Origin: Octopus vulgaris
Lineage: Eukaryota
Direction: 5' to 3'
NCBI GenBank assembly: GCA_951406725.2
Contig: OX597821.1
Span: forward strand, 97,154,001-97,218,000
DNA length: 64,000 bases
Part shown: in pieces, positions 11,870 to 25,157 of the stretch
Layout of the letters: each line of letters opens with the position of its first letter
Position numbering within the stretch: position 1 is the stretch's first letter
Notes under the pieces: generated by a model
What the model was told of the DNA's origin: nothing
The model's input: the letters and a program-made list of their open reading frames with translations, nothing else
The model's database searches: none
Made by a program: the position numbers and the translations under genes

Positions 11870-13414
11870 GTGATTATATTGCTCTCACAACTTTACTGGT
11901 ACTTCATGTTGCGGATCCGTGGAATAAGCTGCCGGACGAGATAGTGAAGATGCCGACGACCGCTCGGTTCAAGGTCTCTCTTGACCAGAAATGGCCTGAA
12001 CTCTTTGCATGAACACCCTCCATGTACAGAACTCCATGTCCCCCTACATGGCCTTGCTTTTTGCTTTTTGAGCCAAAAGATTAACTTAACTTAACTTAAC
12101 TTAAACCCCCAAAAGGATGAGTCAAAATCAACCCAGCCACGATTTTTTTTTAACCAGTCGTAATTGGATTAGCCAGGAAAAGGCTGTGAGTATATTCTAT
12201 AGTCTTTGATCACCCTCTCAGACCAATGAGATGGACGTAGTTAACATTTCTCTTAAACAGTTGCAAATCTATGGTGCATGAAAAATATAGGCCAGTGGGA
12301 ATTCAAATGGCTAGAGATTTTGGGAGGATGGATTGGGTTAATGTTTACTGCAGATCAATATGGACGACAAGAGGATGAGAGACGTGATTATATTGCTCTC
12401 ACAACTTTACTGGTACTTCATGTTGCGGATCCGTGGAATAAGCTGCCGGACGAGATAGTGAAGATGCCGACGACCGCTCGGTTCAAGGTCTCTCTTGACC
12501 AGAAATGGCCTGAACTCTTTGCATGAACACCCTCCCTGTACAGAACTCCATGTCCCCCTACATGGCCTTGCTTTTTGCTTTTTGAGCCAAAAAATTAACT
12601 TAACTTAACTTAACTTAAACCCCCAAAAGGATGAGTCAAAATCAACCCAGCCACGACTTTTTTTTAACCAGTCGTAATTGGATTAGCCAGGAAAAGGCTG
12701 TGAGTATATTCTATAGTCTTTGATCACCCTCTCAGACCAATGAGATGGACGTAGTTAACATTTCTCTTAAACAGTTGCAAATCTATGGTGCATGAAAAAT
12801 ATAGGCCAGTGGGAATTCAAATGGCTAGAGATTTTGGGAGGATGGATTGGGTTAATGTTTACTGCAGATCAATATGGACGACAAGAGGATGAGAGACGTG
12901 ATTATATTGCTCTCACAACTTTACTGGTACTTCATGTTGCGGATCCGTGGAATAAGCTGCCGGACGAGATAGTGAAGATGCCGACGACCGCTCGGTTCAA
13001 GGTCTCTCTTGACCAGAAATGGCCTGAACTCTTTGCATGAACACCCTCCCTGTACAGAACTCCATGTCCCCCTACATGGCCTTGCTTTTTGCTTTTTGAG
13101 CCAAAAAATTAACTTAACTTAACTTAACTTAAACCCCCAAAAGGATGAGTCAAAATCAACCCAGCCACGACTTTTTTTTAACCAGTCGTAATTGGATTAG
13201 CCAGGAAAAGGCTGTGAGTATATTCTATAGTCTTTGATCACCCTCTCAGACCAATGAGATGGACGTAGTTAACATTTCTCTTAAACAGTTGCAAATCTAT
13301 GGTGCATGAAAAATATAGGCCAGTGGGAATTCAAATGGCTAGAGATTTTGGGAGGATGGATTGGGTTAATGTTTACTGCAGATCAATATGGACGACAAGA
13401 GGATGAGAGACGTG
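11870..13414 (+). repeat. Tandem triplication, 514-bp unit, near-identical copies
   Basis: Units start at 11870, 12384 and 12898; GTG microhomology at the junctions; only a few differences seen between copies. Confidence 0.97.
11908..12103 (+). mobile_element. CR1-type LINE extreme 3' end with (TTAAC)n tail (repeated at +514 and +1028)
   Basis: VADPWNKLPDEIVKMPTTARFKVSLDQKWPELFA*, nearly identical to the end of the longer copy at 30724-31170. Confidence 0.88.
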
Positions 13415-13926
13415 TGAGTGGATTGAGAATTGCCCTGTAAAACTAGCAGGAAACTAGCAAAATCACAAGAACAGTAGCAAATTTAGCAGCGATAGAAAAG
13501 CTAGACTGGAGACAGAGAACTCGACTGTGGAATACATGTAGCAGTGTATTGGCAAACAACATCATGCAAGTCAGTCGGGTGGATTTTCCTCGAGTGTGTC
13601 AGGGAGTGTAACAGCAAAATCTCCTCGCATATAGGAACAGTACTCTCTTGAGGGGCTCACTTCAGATTTGTAGTGGTTTGGTTGTTGTTGCTGTTGTTGT
13701 TGTTAGTTGTGGTGGTGGTGGTGGTGGTGGTGGTGGTGGTGGTGGTGGTGGTGGTGGTGGTAAAGGTGAGTACAGAGGCCCAGTTCTGCACACACATATA
13801 CACGTACACACATGTGCTTCTACAAAGATGACGTCTCTCAACTGACACTGAAAAAAAAATACTGGTCAATGCGAGTATGTAGTAGAAGATATTTGGCCAG
13901 CATCTCTAGAAGATGAGACGTTCCTC

Positions 13927-14370
13927 ACACACACACACACACACATACACACACACACACAAACACACGCACATGCATATATATATATGCATACATACAT
14001 ATACTACACACTTATACATACATACAGACAGATATACACATGTATGTATATACAGTCACTCACACACACGCACGCACACATACACACACACAAACACACG
14101 CACATGCATATATATATATGCATACATACATATACTACACACTTATACATACATACAGACAGATATACACATGTATGTATATACAGTCACTCACACACAC
14201 GCACACACACATACACACACACATACACATACACAAACACACGCACATGCATATATATATATATATATATATATGCATACATACATATACTGCACACTTA
14301 TACATGCAGACAGATATACACATGTATGTATATACAGTCTCTCTCTCACACACACACACAAACACACATT
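13927..14370. repeat. Higher-order repeat of a compound microsatellite block (about 120-140 bp, 3 copies)
   Basis: CACACTTATACAT..CAGACAGATATACACATGTATGTATATACAGTC recurs three times. Confidence 0.85.
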
Positions 14371-14575
14371 TCAATTTAACGGTATATCTCTATGTGAAAA
14401 CAGCAGGTAGCCTTCTGCCTTTTTCAACTCAAAATATTACAAGGTATTATTTATAACTGTCAAACACCGTGAAGTGGTTTATTTACATATTTCTCGATAC
14501 TTCTACATTTTTCAATGGTGTGTGTGTGTGTGTGTGTGCATTCATTACATATATGCAGATATGGATGTATGTGTG

Positions 14576-14645
<70 letters not shown>

Positions 14646-14924
14646 ACAGGCTTCTTCACAGTTTTCGTGCTCTATATCCACAATATATATATACACACAC
14701 ACACAAACACACTCTTAGACACAGACATTTAGACCTTATATGTATTTATATAATTCTCTCGCTCCTGTCTATAATCTATAAATGTATATATATGTGTGTG
14801 TGTGTGTGTGTAATATATATATACATATATATTTGTACATATATACATATAACTACACACACACACATACAAATATACATGCTAAATAAAGAGGAGAGAG
14901 AGTGAGCATATGTGTGTGTGTGTG

Positions 14925-14963
<39 letters not shown>

Positions 14964-15419
14964 AAATAGAAATGGTCTAATTTTTTGTAATCTGTTATCT
15001 ATACACCAGTGCTTATAAGTGTCTCATCTAAATTTGTGGGGCTGGGTGAGGTGTTACCATATTCTATTCCAAGACAACTGTGCTACATTATAATTTCCAT
15101 TCCTACTTCTCTCGTCTTTCACATGAGATATTGACAACTGACTATATACAGACTCGTCATAGACGTTAGTAACTATTTGGGTGATGCAGAAATAATCAGT
15201 GAATGAGAGCAGAGTGGTAAAACGTGCTGTTGCGTGTATGTATGTATGTGTGCATGTGTGTGTGAGTGTAGGTAGGTGTATGTGTGTGTGTGTAAGTTAT
15301 TATGTTGGTTATGCGCCTTTATGAGAAAGCATCTCTCTCTGTCTCTGTAGATAAATAAATAAATATACAGACATGCATACATAGATACACACATACACAC
15401 ACACACAAATTAAGTAGAT

Positions 15420-15685
<266 letters not shown>

Positions 15686-15906
15686 GATGTGCATGGGCGG
15701 CCAATTGACAGAGTTGTTAGAACATAGGCTAAATTGCTTTGCGGTAATCATTCTAGCTCTCAACACCTTTTTCCTTTCGATTTCGATATAAGAAAAGGAG
15801 TTAATTCTTTTCTTTCTCTCTTCTGAAAGAGAAGAGACTCGCTGTAAGTCGCTGTCCCTGCGACTTGATCAAAGAGTTGAGAATTCATGAGAAGCAAAGC
15901 ATACAT

Positions 15907-16054
<148 letters not shown>

Positions 16055-17378
16055 GCGTGAATATCCGCTCGCGTGTGCACACAGACACACTCACACACAC
16101 ATCGTGATTTATAATTGAAGGTGTATGCTAGTAACAACGAGGCTATCCACATTCAGCAGTAAAAGTACTTAATATATGGTGTGCGGAAATAATTTAATTA
16201 GAATAATCTTTTAAGAAAACGCTAATTCGTTTCATGTAAGAAAAATATATCTAAGAATGAGGTAACTGTAGATTTAAAGAATCCTTGAGAAGTTAAACTC
16301 CTAGTATCAGAAATATATAGGGAAAATAGATTGGAGGAAATGTGATATAGGAAAAATAAACTGGAGAAAATATGACTGTCTTCAGTGCAAGTTATACATA
16401 ACAAGGGAGATAAGTAAGGTTACGAAGATGGGAAAGCACAAAGAGGGTTTGAAACGATAAGGAAAATTTAGTGATATTAAGGGATATCGAAAATCTAAAT
16501 AAACCAGAGGATTAATTATGTGAGTTATGCTATAATCGTATAATAATGTAACTGGTAATGAAATATGAGTAAAAGGCTTATTTGGAGTCAAGCATAAGAA
16601 AAATAGGATAAAATATGAAAGGCTGCTGTATGAACGATGAGGATAATTAAGATGGAAAGATATCGGTAAAGAAATGTACATCAATATATACATAAATTGA
16701 TAATGATATAAATAAAGATTGTGCTAAAAAAATCTACTTTTGTTACAGCGAACAGGTAAGATTCTAGTGGCCCAGGTGACATAATTAGAATCTAATTTTA
16801 TTAGAACTGAGAGATATAACAATGAAATGGAATAAAGCAGGCAATAGTAAAGATGATGTGTTCAGTATGTTATTTTAAGAAGAGGAAAAGAAAGATAAAG
16901 CAAAACAAGATATATATTGCATTGAGTAGTAATGAATTCTTGGTTATATCAATAAATTGAGATGGGAAGGTAAATCATGTTACACGATCTAATGGAATTG
17001 AAATTATAATAAAATAGAATAAAATAAATTCTGCGAAAAGAATTAGCTAAATTTAATAGGAAGTAGAATTGTAAAGGAATGACAAATTAGTTAAAAGAAA
17101 ACTATACACAATGAAAGACCTGAATATTATAAAAAACTGTAAATGTAGGAATGAGTATGAAGAATAAGTTTAGACGGTGTAGTAAGATAGTAATCAAAAC
17201 TATGGTAGATACTGATGTTAATGCAGATAATAAGAATGGAGATATACTTAAATTACAAATACATTTACATGTACTTAAAGACCTGAATTATATAGCGCAA
17301 AAAATATTGCTGTAAAAGTTTGTACAATAAATTACATACATTTTGTTAATATCAGAGAAGATCTGGAAAGAGAAATGA

Positions 17379-17779
17379 GTTACTCTTTTTACTCTTTTAC
17401 TTGTTTCAGTCATTTGACTGCGGCCATGCTGGAGCACCGCCTTTAGTCGAGCAAATCGACCCCGGGACTTATTCTTTGTAAGCCCAGTACTTATTATATC
17501 GGTCTCTTTTGCCGAACCGCTAAGTGAAAGAGACGTAAACACACCAGCATCGGTTGTCAAGCAATGCTAGGGGGACAAACACAGACATACAAACATATAC
17601 ACGCATACTTATATATATATACGACAGGCTTCTTTCAGTTTCCGTCTACCAAATCCACTCACAAGGCATTGGTCGGCCCGGGGCTATAGCAGAAGACACT
17701 TGCCCAAGATGCCACGCAGTGGGACTGAACCCGGAACCATGTGGCTGGTTAGCAAGCTACTTACCACACAGCCACTCCT
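17379..17779 (-). mobile_element. SINE family C (tRNA-like head, internal TA/CA tract, (GTAAAAGA)n tail)
   Basis: Minus strand GGAGTGGCTGTGTGGTAAG..GGGTTCAGTCCC..GAAACAAGTAAAAGAGTAAAAAGAGTA; close copies at 38180 and 41978. Confidence 0.9.
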
Positions 17780-18715
17780 GGGGAGGAATAATAGAATAAT
17801 AAAACAAGCAACAAAATCACGAAGAAGGTAATATTAACCGTAGGGAAAATTCGCTGTTGGAAAATGTAATCCTCAAAAGTGCTGTTAATACAAGAATCCC
17901 TTCCTGGGTGCCCATTAAAGGTTAGATCTTTGGCAAAAAGTATTTCCAAATTATCTGGATTGCAGAAATTGTAGAGATTCTTGTTCCCAGCATAAGATCT
18001 GGCTTTAGACGAGACTTTTTCAGTTTAGATTTTAAGATGGTAGATGTATTTTTTTTAAATTCCAAATCTAGTTAGCCAATGAAGTGTTGTTTCTCTCGAT
18101 GTAACTATCAGAATATAAGTGGCTGTATAAATTACAAAATAAATTTGAAATCGTTGTGGGTAATTCCAGTGTAGGCCTTGGCTGAATTATTTTTGTCAAA
18201 AGTGTATTGGTTAACTATGTTCTTAGTTAAGCAATTAACTTCTGTTGGGTTTAATGCTATTGTATTGGTTTGTGAATAAATTTGTGTAATATCTATTCAC
18301 ATTTAAAAACGTTGAGATAGTTTAGTTCAAGTCAAAATTAGTAGTGGTAGAATATGTTTTTAATGGCATTTTCCTTTAAAATTTAATAATATTCATGTTG
18401 TGGGCGGGAGAATGTAATTTTTAAAAACTTTCGTAACTTAAAAAGATTTTCGACGACTGGCATAGCTACAGTTGTTTAAAAGGTGGAAAACTTTTGCTAT
18501 TTCAGTAACGGTGGATTTTGTCTTACCATGCAACTAGCAGTAGATACTTGCTTCTGACGAAACCCAAAGAGGCAGAAATGCGTATCTAGTACACGACCGT
18601 TGCTGGATGACTTTCTTTGTCTTATTTACAAATCTGCTTTGCTTTAAATATTGCTCTTTTAAACTAATACTGCTTCTGTCGCACATGAATATTTATGCAT
18701 ACGCGCGTGTGCGCG

Positions 18716-18990
18716 CGTGAAGGCGCATGGCTTAGTGGTTAGGGTGTTGCTCTCAAGATTGCGAGCTCGTGGTTTCAATTCCCAGACCGGACGTTGCGTT
18801 ATGTTCTTGGGCAAAGCACTTCATTTCACGTTGCTCTGCGATCATTTCGTCATCTGATATGTGGCACACGATACACCTGTACAGATAATGTCGATTTGAT
18901 GGAGGGACTGAGCTTATGTAAACACAAATATTTGATCACAACAAACAAATCGTCTGTGTCGTTGTTCGGCAAGAAATTGCCGAACCAAAC
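18716..18990 (+). mobile_element. CORE-type tRNA SINE (family D)
   Basis: A box TGGCTTAGTGG, B box GTTTCAATTCC, then TGTTCTTGGGCAAAGCACTT resembling the MIR CORE domain. Confidence 0.75.
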
Positions 18991-18994
18991 GATG

Positions 18995-19195
18995 GGAGAG
19001 TCCCTTGGACCGATAGCTCCTACACGCATTTTTTTTCTCTCCTTGTTTCTTTTCTGTGTATCTTTCTGTCGAAGAGCGTAGGCTCGAAATGTAAAAGACT
19101 TGTTCTGTTTCTATTCCTGAGCGCCATACTAATACATTTGTTTGTTTGTACTCCACTTGCCTTCGTCTTTTGTTTATTTTCGTAAACCTTCCCGT

Positions 19196-19197
<2 letters not shown>
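18995..19197 (+). mobile_element. Penelope-type terminal-repeat fragment abutting (TA)n
   Basis: Contains a minimal hammerhead motif and ends directly in a TA microsatellite. Confidence 0.55.
19061..19099 (+). ncRNA. Minimal type I hammerhead ribozyme motif with a variant core
   Basis: TCTTT-CTGTCGA-AGAGC GTAG GCTC-GAAA-TGTA-AAAGA: stem I TCTTT/AAAGA, stem II GAGC/GCTC; core CUGANGA has A6>U. Confidence 0.6.
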
Positions 19198-19288
<91 letters not shown>

Positions 19289-19293
19289 ACGGT

Positions 19294-19716
19294 GCGAGGG
19301 GTATTTGAGGAAGGCCATACGTATCTCAACAGGGATCAGAACTTTTTTACAAAGCTCACGTAACCCAAGGATGGATGTCAGATATTCTTTTCGATTGTAT
19401 AACACCCAACTTGTGGCCACATAGACTACTACGTTTGGAGCGTTGTTGAAATGTTGGTTAATTGACATTCTCAAAACTCATAGTTCTCACAGAAGGCCGC
19501 CATTGTCCACATGGTGTCCGAAATGAATAAGGACCAGTTAGTAGATAGATGTCACGGGTTCCGGTCCTGTGTTGAAGCAGTATTCAATACTGAAGCTGGG
19601 TTCTTTTTAAGAAAGCTTGTCGAGACCAGGTGCACAAATGATTATGAAAATATATTTGGTCTTCGCTAGATAAGAGTTATTTTGATAGATTAACGAGTAG
19701 GTCCTGAAATACCTCT
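19294..19716 (+). mobile_element. Internally deleted Tc1/mariner-superfamily element
   Basis: Imperfect TIRs GAGGGGTATTTGAGGA / TCCTGAAATACCTC; C-terminal peptide KAAIVHMVSEMNKDQLVDRCHGFRSCVEAVFNTEAGFF*. Confidence 0.6.
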
Positions 19717-19801
19717 AGCAATCTGTATATGGGTGTATGAATATGTATTTATGTATGTGCATGTGTGTATCTATATATAGTATATGTATATATATATATA
19801 C

Positions 19802-19872
<71 letters not shown>

Positions 19873-19894
19873 TGTGTATGTATATATGTGTATG

Positions 19895-20019
<125 letters not shown>

Positions 20020-20374
20020 ATAGGTAGATAGATAGATTGATACATACATGCATACATACATACATATCACACATTAATTGCATTGGTATTCACAAAGCTC
20101 CTCTTCATATTATCAATAACATTGCCTTTGTTGCTAACTTCAAATTAATTTGTCTATTGATCAATCAATCTGCTGCCTCTCTGTCTTTATACTTACTTTT
20201 ACCAATAGAGTAAATGTTCTGTTGAGACGGCTTACACTTCCATACAATATCTACGCTCTTATTCTTTAACTGCAGGTCAGCTTAGATCGAGCAGACCCAT
20301 GACTATATACGCCTGACACAACAATCCCGTTTATTTATTCATTTGTCAGACATAGAGTACCTAGATTTAGTAAA

Positions 20375-20768
20375 GTGGAGGCGCAATGGCCCAGTGGTTA
20401 GGGCAGCGGACTCGCGGTCGTAGGATCGCAGTTTCGATTCCCACCCAGACCGGGCGTTGTGAGTGTTTATTGAGCGAAAACACCTAAAGCTCCCCGAGGC
20501 TCCGGCAGGGGATGGTGGTGATCCCTACTGTACTCTTTCACCACAACTTTCTCTCACTCTTACTTCCTGTTTCTGTTGTACCTGTATTTCAAAGGGCCGG
20601 CCTTGTCACTCTCTGTGTCACGCTGAATATCCCCGAGAACTACGTTAAGGGTACACGTGTCTGTGGAGTGCTTAGCCACTTACACGTTAATTTCACGAGC
20701 AGGCTGTTCCGTTGATCGGATCAATCGGAACCCTCATCGTCGTAACCGACGGAGTGCTTCTAATAATA
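20375..20768 (+). mobile_element. tRNA-derived SINE family B with target-site duplication
   Basis: A box TGGCCCAGTGG, B box GTTTCGATTCC, (TAA)n tail; AGATTTAGTAAAG at 20363 and 20769; second copy at 36653. Confidence 0.92.
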
Positions 20769-21284
20769 AGATTTAGTAAAGGAGCGTAGCCTAGTGGTTA
20801 GAGTTTGGAATTCACGATCGTAAGGCCGTTGTTTCGATTCTCTGATTGAGCTGTGTTCTTCATCAAAACACTTCATTTCACGTTGCTTCAACGTCCGCAA
20901 CTGAAAACTAGTGTCAGCAACATCAGGAGATTAACGCTGGGATAGATTTATGTTCCGTTCAATGGTGTGCGGGTTAGAATATAATAAGCCCTGAAAACCA
21001 TGATAGACTTTGGATTAATGAGCCTGTAAGCTCGTGACAGATATAGGGCTATCTAGACCATATTATTTAGCTTATCGTTGCTGTTTCAAGATGCTGGATG
21101 GGTTTCGGCGCAGATTTGACTGTTAACTCTAGCAGAAAGACCAACTTCATACAGATTCCAACGTTGGGGAGCTGCTATGCCTTTTGTTGGTGTTTATATT
21201 GGTGTGGGTGTTTCTGTTGCGTAAGTTGCTTAACAGTAAGGTGTCTAATCGAGTTACTATTGTTGTTGCTGTTGTTTTTTAAAG

Positions 21285-21690
21285 CCAGGTTAACCCTGGT
21301 TGAGCAGGTATATGATCAAAGACATGCCAGCCGTGACTATCTCGTCTTTGAAAAGTCTCAAGGGTTACTTCATATAACGTGTTCTTTCACTTTTTTTAAG
21401 ACGGTGGGATGTACTCTGAGGTAGATTTGGTTGTTATTTCTAACAGATCGAGCAACTACATGAGGGCTTGCTTCCTACTGGTTGTATAATCGAGCGAACA
21501 ACGGAGCTTGTACGCGGACACTCGACCTGCTAGAAACATCAAATGACAGCTGCCTCCTTCTTAAAACAGAGAACTGGATAATACAGTCATAGTTACAATC
21601 CTTTTTTTAAAATGTGTTGTTCATGGCTGGAATGTGTTTGATCATATGTCTTCTGTGTCAGGGTCAACCTGGAACTAAACAACAATAATA
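21285..21690. mobile_element. Two decayed, oppositely oriented copies of a dispersed repeat
   Basis: TGATCAAAGACATGCCAGCCGTGAC..GCTATTTCTA-like blocks, with related fragments near 1160, 8030, 20280 and 28010. Confidence 0.5.
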
Positions 21691-22230
21691 ACAACAATTT
21701 GTAGGAGTAGAATAAAATGACATATTTGCCAGGAATCTAAGACTGGTGCTAAAACTACGATTTCTAATGTATGTACAAATCGAAATACTGGTCGAATCGA
21801 TTTAATCGATCAAGTATTGTTATCTGACATCTACTGTTTTCTCAGCAAAACCATTCATAAATGCTCATTGCCAAATATTTTTTCATATTACTATCAATTC
21901 ACTACATCTTGTGTTCGAATTTACTGCCGGCGTAACCTAATGGTCAGGGTGTTAGATTTGTGATCATGAAGCACTGAGTTCAATTCTTTGACCGATCGGT
22001 GCATTATATCTTTGAGCAAAGTACTTCCTATCATGTTGCCGTTGTTCCAGTTCCAGTACCAGCTGAGTGCTGGCGCAGTTCGCGTTCCCTCCATCTCTAA
22101 CATCTTGGTCAACTGTAATGAGTACCAGCTGAATATTGGCACAGCTCCCGTTCCCTGCAGTACATGGATGTTCTACTGGGTCCAGGTTGCAAGGGTCGAG
22201 ATGGTGTCTATGTCTATTCATGATTACATA

Positions 22231-22434
22231 CCTATTTCTTTATTACCCACAAGAGGCTAAACACAGAGGGGACAAACAAGGACAGACATAGGTATTAAGT
22301 CGATTACATCGACCCCAGTGCGTAACTGGTACTTAATTTATCGACTCCGAAAGGATGAAAGGCAGATGAAAGGCAGACGAAATACCGCTAGGCAGTTCGC
22401 CCGGTGTGCTAACGTTTCTGCCAGCTCGCCGCCT
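22231..22434 (-). mobile_element. SINE family A with internal deletion and 10-bp target-site duplication
   Basis: TTACATACCT at 22224 and 22435. Confidence 0.9.
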
Positions 22435-22553
22435 TTACATACCTTCTTACCACTCAGCTAGGCTTGCGCCTATCATAAGACATCTGTAAGAATTAGCAAA
22501 ATCATGTTATATGTTACCAAGTCATACTCGCTTGGGAATGGCAGGTGGTTGTT

Positions 22554-22783
22554 GGCGGCGAGCTGGCAGACACGTTAGCGCGCCAGGCGAAATGCTTAGC
22601 GGTATTTCGTCTGTCGTTACGTTCTGAGTTCAAATTCCGCCGAGGTCAACTTTGCCTTTCATCTTTTCGGGGTCGATAAATGAAGTACCAGTTTCGCAAT
22701 GGGGGCGATATAATCGACTCAATCCCTTCATCTGTCCTTGTTTGTCCCCTCTATGTTTAGCCCCTTCTGGGCAGTAAAGAAAT
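22554..22783 (+). mobile_element. SINE family A, full length
   Basis: GGCGGCGAGCTGGCAGA to AAAGAAATA. Confidence 0.92.
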
Positions 22784-23579
22784 ATATACATTTTTGTGTA
22801 TATGGGAATGTGAGTTAGTGTTTGTGTGTGTGTGTATCTGTGTCTGTGTGTGTGTGTGTGTGTGTGTGTATCCGGTTGTTTCAACTGAGCAATCGGAATT
22901 ATTATAACATCTGTTATCTGCTTTTCTGAGACTGGGAACATTATGTACAAAGGCACATTCGTCCTATCCCAGTGTAAAAAGAAATTAGATTTATCTCTCA
23001 TCCTCTGAACACCTTGCAACACTGGAACCAGCATTTTCATCATCATTTCTTATATAACAATCGCTTGTGACCGCAATGAAAAATTCTCATAAAACATGTT
23101 GACCCACCAAAATAATAAAACAAGATGTTGACCCACCAAAAATTAACCTCGGAAATAATTTCTGTCACTAAGTTTGTAAATTTTAATGACATTGTGAGTA
23201 TTAAATGACATTCGACGCATGCGCCATTTTCATTGGTGTATTAGGTTTATTATTAATTAGCGTATATACTGGATAGTTCGTAGTGGGGAACACACGTTAT
23301 CAATAAATTTATTGCGTGCAGCGTTATATTTCATAATTCTCTAGAGAACTGTTTCATCTGTTGTATATTCAGCATGCATATGATCATAGTAATGATTTCC
23401 TTTTACACTAGGCACTGGGCCAAATGCATTTTTTCTCTTCATTCTTTTCTTTTCTTTTTTTCTTTTTTGTTTTGTTTTTGTTTTTGCTTTTGCTTTGCCT
23501 TCCTTGCTGCACAGGTGGTGCAAAACACTAAATCGTTCCAGAATATAACTGGTACTCATTTTTTTGGCGCATAATGTTG

Positions 23580-23915
23580 CTTGGGGGTTTCCTGGTATCT
23601 GAGCTAGGTAGCAATCAGCCCCCCCTTTGCTATCATTCCCAGGGCACCTATGACAACAAGGTATTGTATTAGTCGGCGAGCTGGCAGAAACGTTAGCACG
23701 CCGGGCGAAATGCTTAGCGGTATTTTCGTCTGCCGCTACGTTCTGAGTTCAAATTCCGCCATGGTCGACTTTGCCTTTCATCCTTTCGGGGTCGATTATC
23801 AAGACCAAATTCCATCCCAATGTCATCACTGAATGCTTTCACTGTACGTAGTTGTACTTCAGTCTCATTAACGTTTTTGCCTTAGATATTTAAGTCATCC
23901 ATATAAATCCATATT
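23580..23915 (-). mobile_element. Scrambled Dong/R4 LINE pieces either side of a truncated plus-strand SINE A
   Basis: 23580-23683 matches 24465-24552; 23797-23915 reads WIYMDDLNI*GKNVNETEVQLRTVKAFSDDIGMEFGLD (RT catalytic motif). Confidence 0.8.
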
Positions 23916-23963
23916 TTTATTATTATTATTATTATTATTATCATCATCATCATCATCATCATT

Positions 23964-24076
<113 letters not shown>

Positions 24077-24110
24077 CATCATCATCATCATCATTATCAT
24101 CATCATCATT

Positions 24111-24197
<87 letters not shown>

Positions 24198-24198
<1 letters not shown>

Positions 24199-24943
24199 TA
24201 TGTTTGACTTTTGCTTTACATTTGTACAAGTATGGCTCCAAGTCTCACCCAGAGACCTCAAGAAACAACAAGTTGGAAGTTCATGTTATTGTTCATGCCT
24301 AGGGTGCCATATATTTGGTTTTGTATTTAGTGTTGTACTAGTGAATGTTTAAGAAACCATAAGAAAATTATGTTTTTTTTAAAACTTGAGATTACATAGA
24401 AAGTATTTTGCGTAGGATATTAGCAGTTCTCATGAGCACTATCTTTTGAATTTCTGCCATTTTGAGGGTTTCCTGGTATCTGAGCTAGGTAGCAATCAGC
24501 CCCCTTTGCTATCATTCCCAGGGCACCTATGACAACAGGTATTGTATTAGTCTTCAGGGTCCACATTTTGCTAATTTCTATTTCAAGATCTTTATATTTG
24601 CTCAGTTTCTGGTAGGTCTTGACAGATACGTTTATATCTATTGGGACAGTCATATCAATGAGGAGGCATGTTTTTTGTCTGAAGTCTTTTACTATGATGT
24701 CTGGCCTATTCGCATCTATCTTTCTGTCAGTTTGAATGGTGAAGTTCCAGAGGAGTGAGATGTGATCATTTTCAAGCACTGGAGGTGGTTTGTGTTCCCA
24801 CCAGTTTTTATCATGGGACAAGTCCAGGCTTTTGCAAATTACCCAGTGAATATATTGTGCAGCTCTATGATGCCTGTTGAGATACTCTGTAGGCGCAAGA
24901 AGACTGCACTTGCAGACAACATGATCAATGGTTTTTATTGTTG

Positions 24944-24945
<2 letters not shown>
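24198..24945 (-). mobile_element. Dong/R4-clade LINE 3' fragment (zinc knuckle remainder and restriction-like endonuclease) within (TAA)n
   Basis: IDHVVCKCSLLA..YLNRH, LLWNFTIQTDRKIDANRPDIIV..LIDMTVP..KLSKYKDL..IPVVIGALG. Confidence 0.9.
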
Positions 24946-25003
<58 letters not shown>

Positions 25004-25008
25004 CATTA

Positions 25009-25156
<148 letters not shown>

Positions 25157-25157
25157 G

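Noticed and set aside
12080-12103. Telomere-like (TTAAC)n
   Set aside because: It is the CR1 3' tail, also seen at 31211-31240; molluscan telomeres are (TTAGGG)n.
12278-12526. Duplicated 82-aa ORF as a host gene
   Set aside because: Made by the tandem junction; its C-terminus is the CR1 RT end.
11870-13414. Possible CRISPR-like or gene array
   Set aside because: Whole units are duplicated with no unique spacers; the content is LINE and SINE debris.
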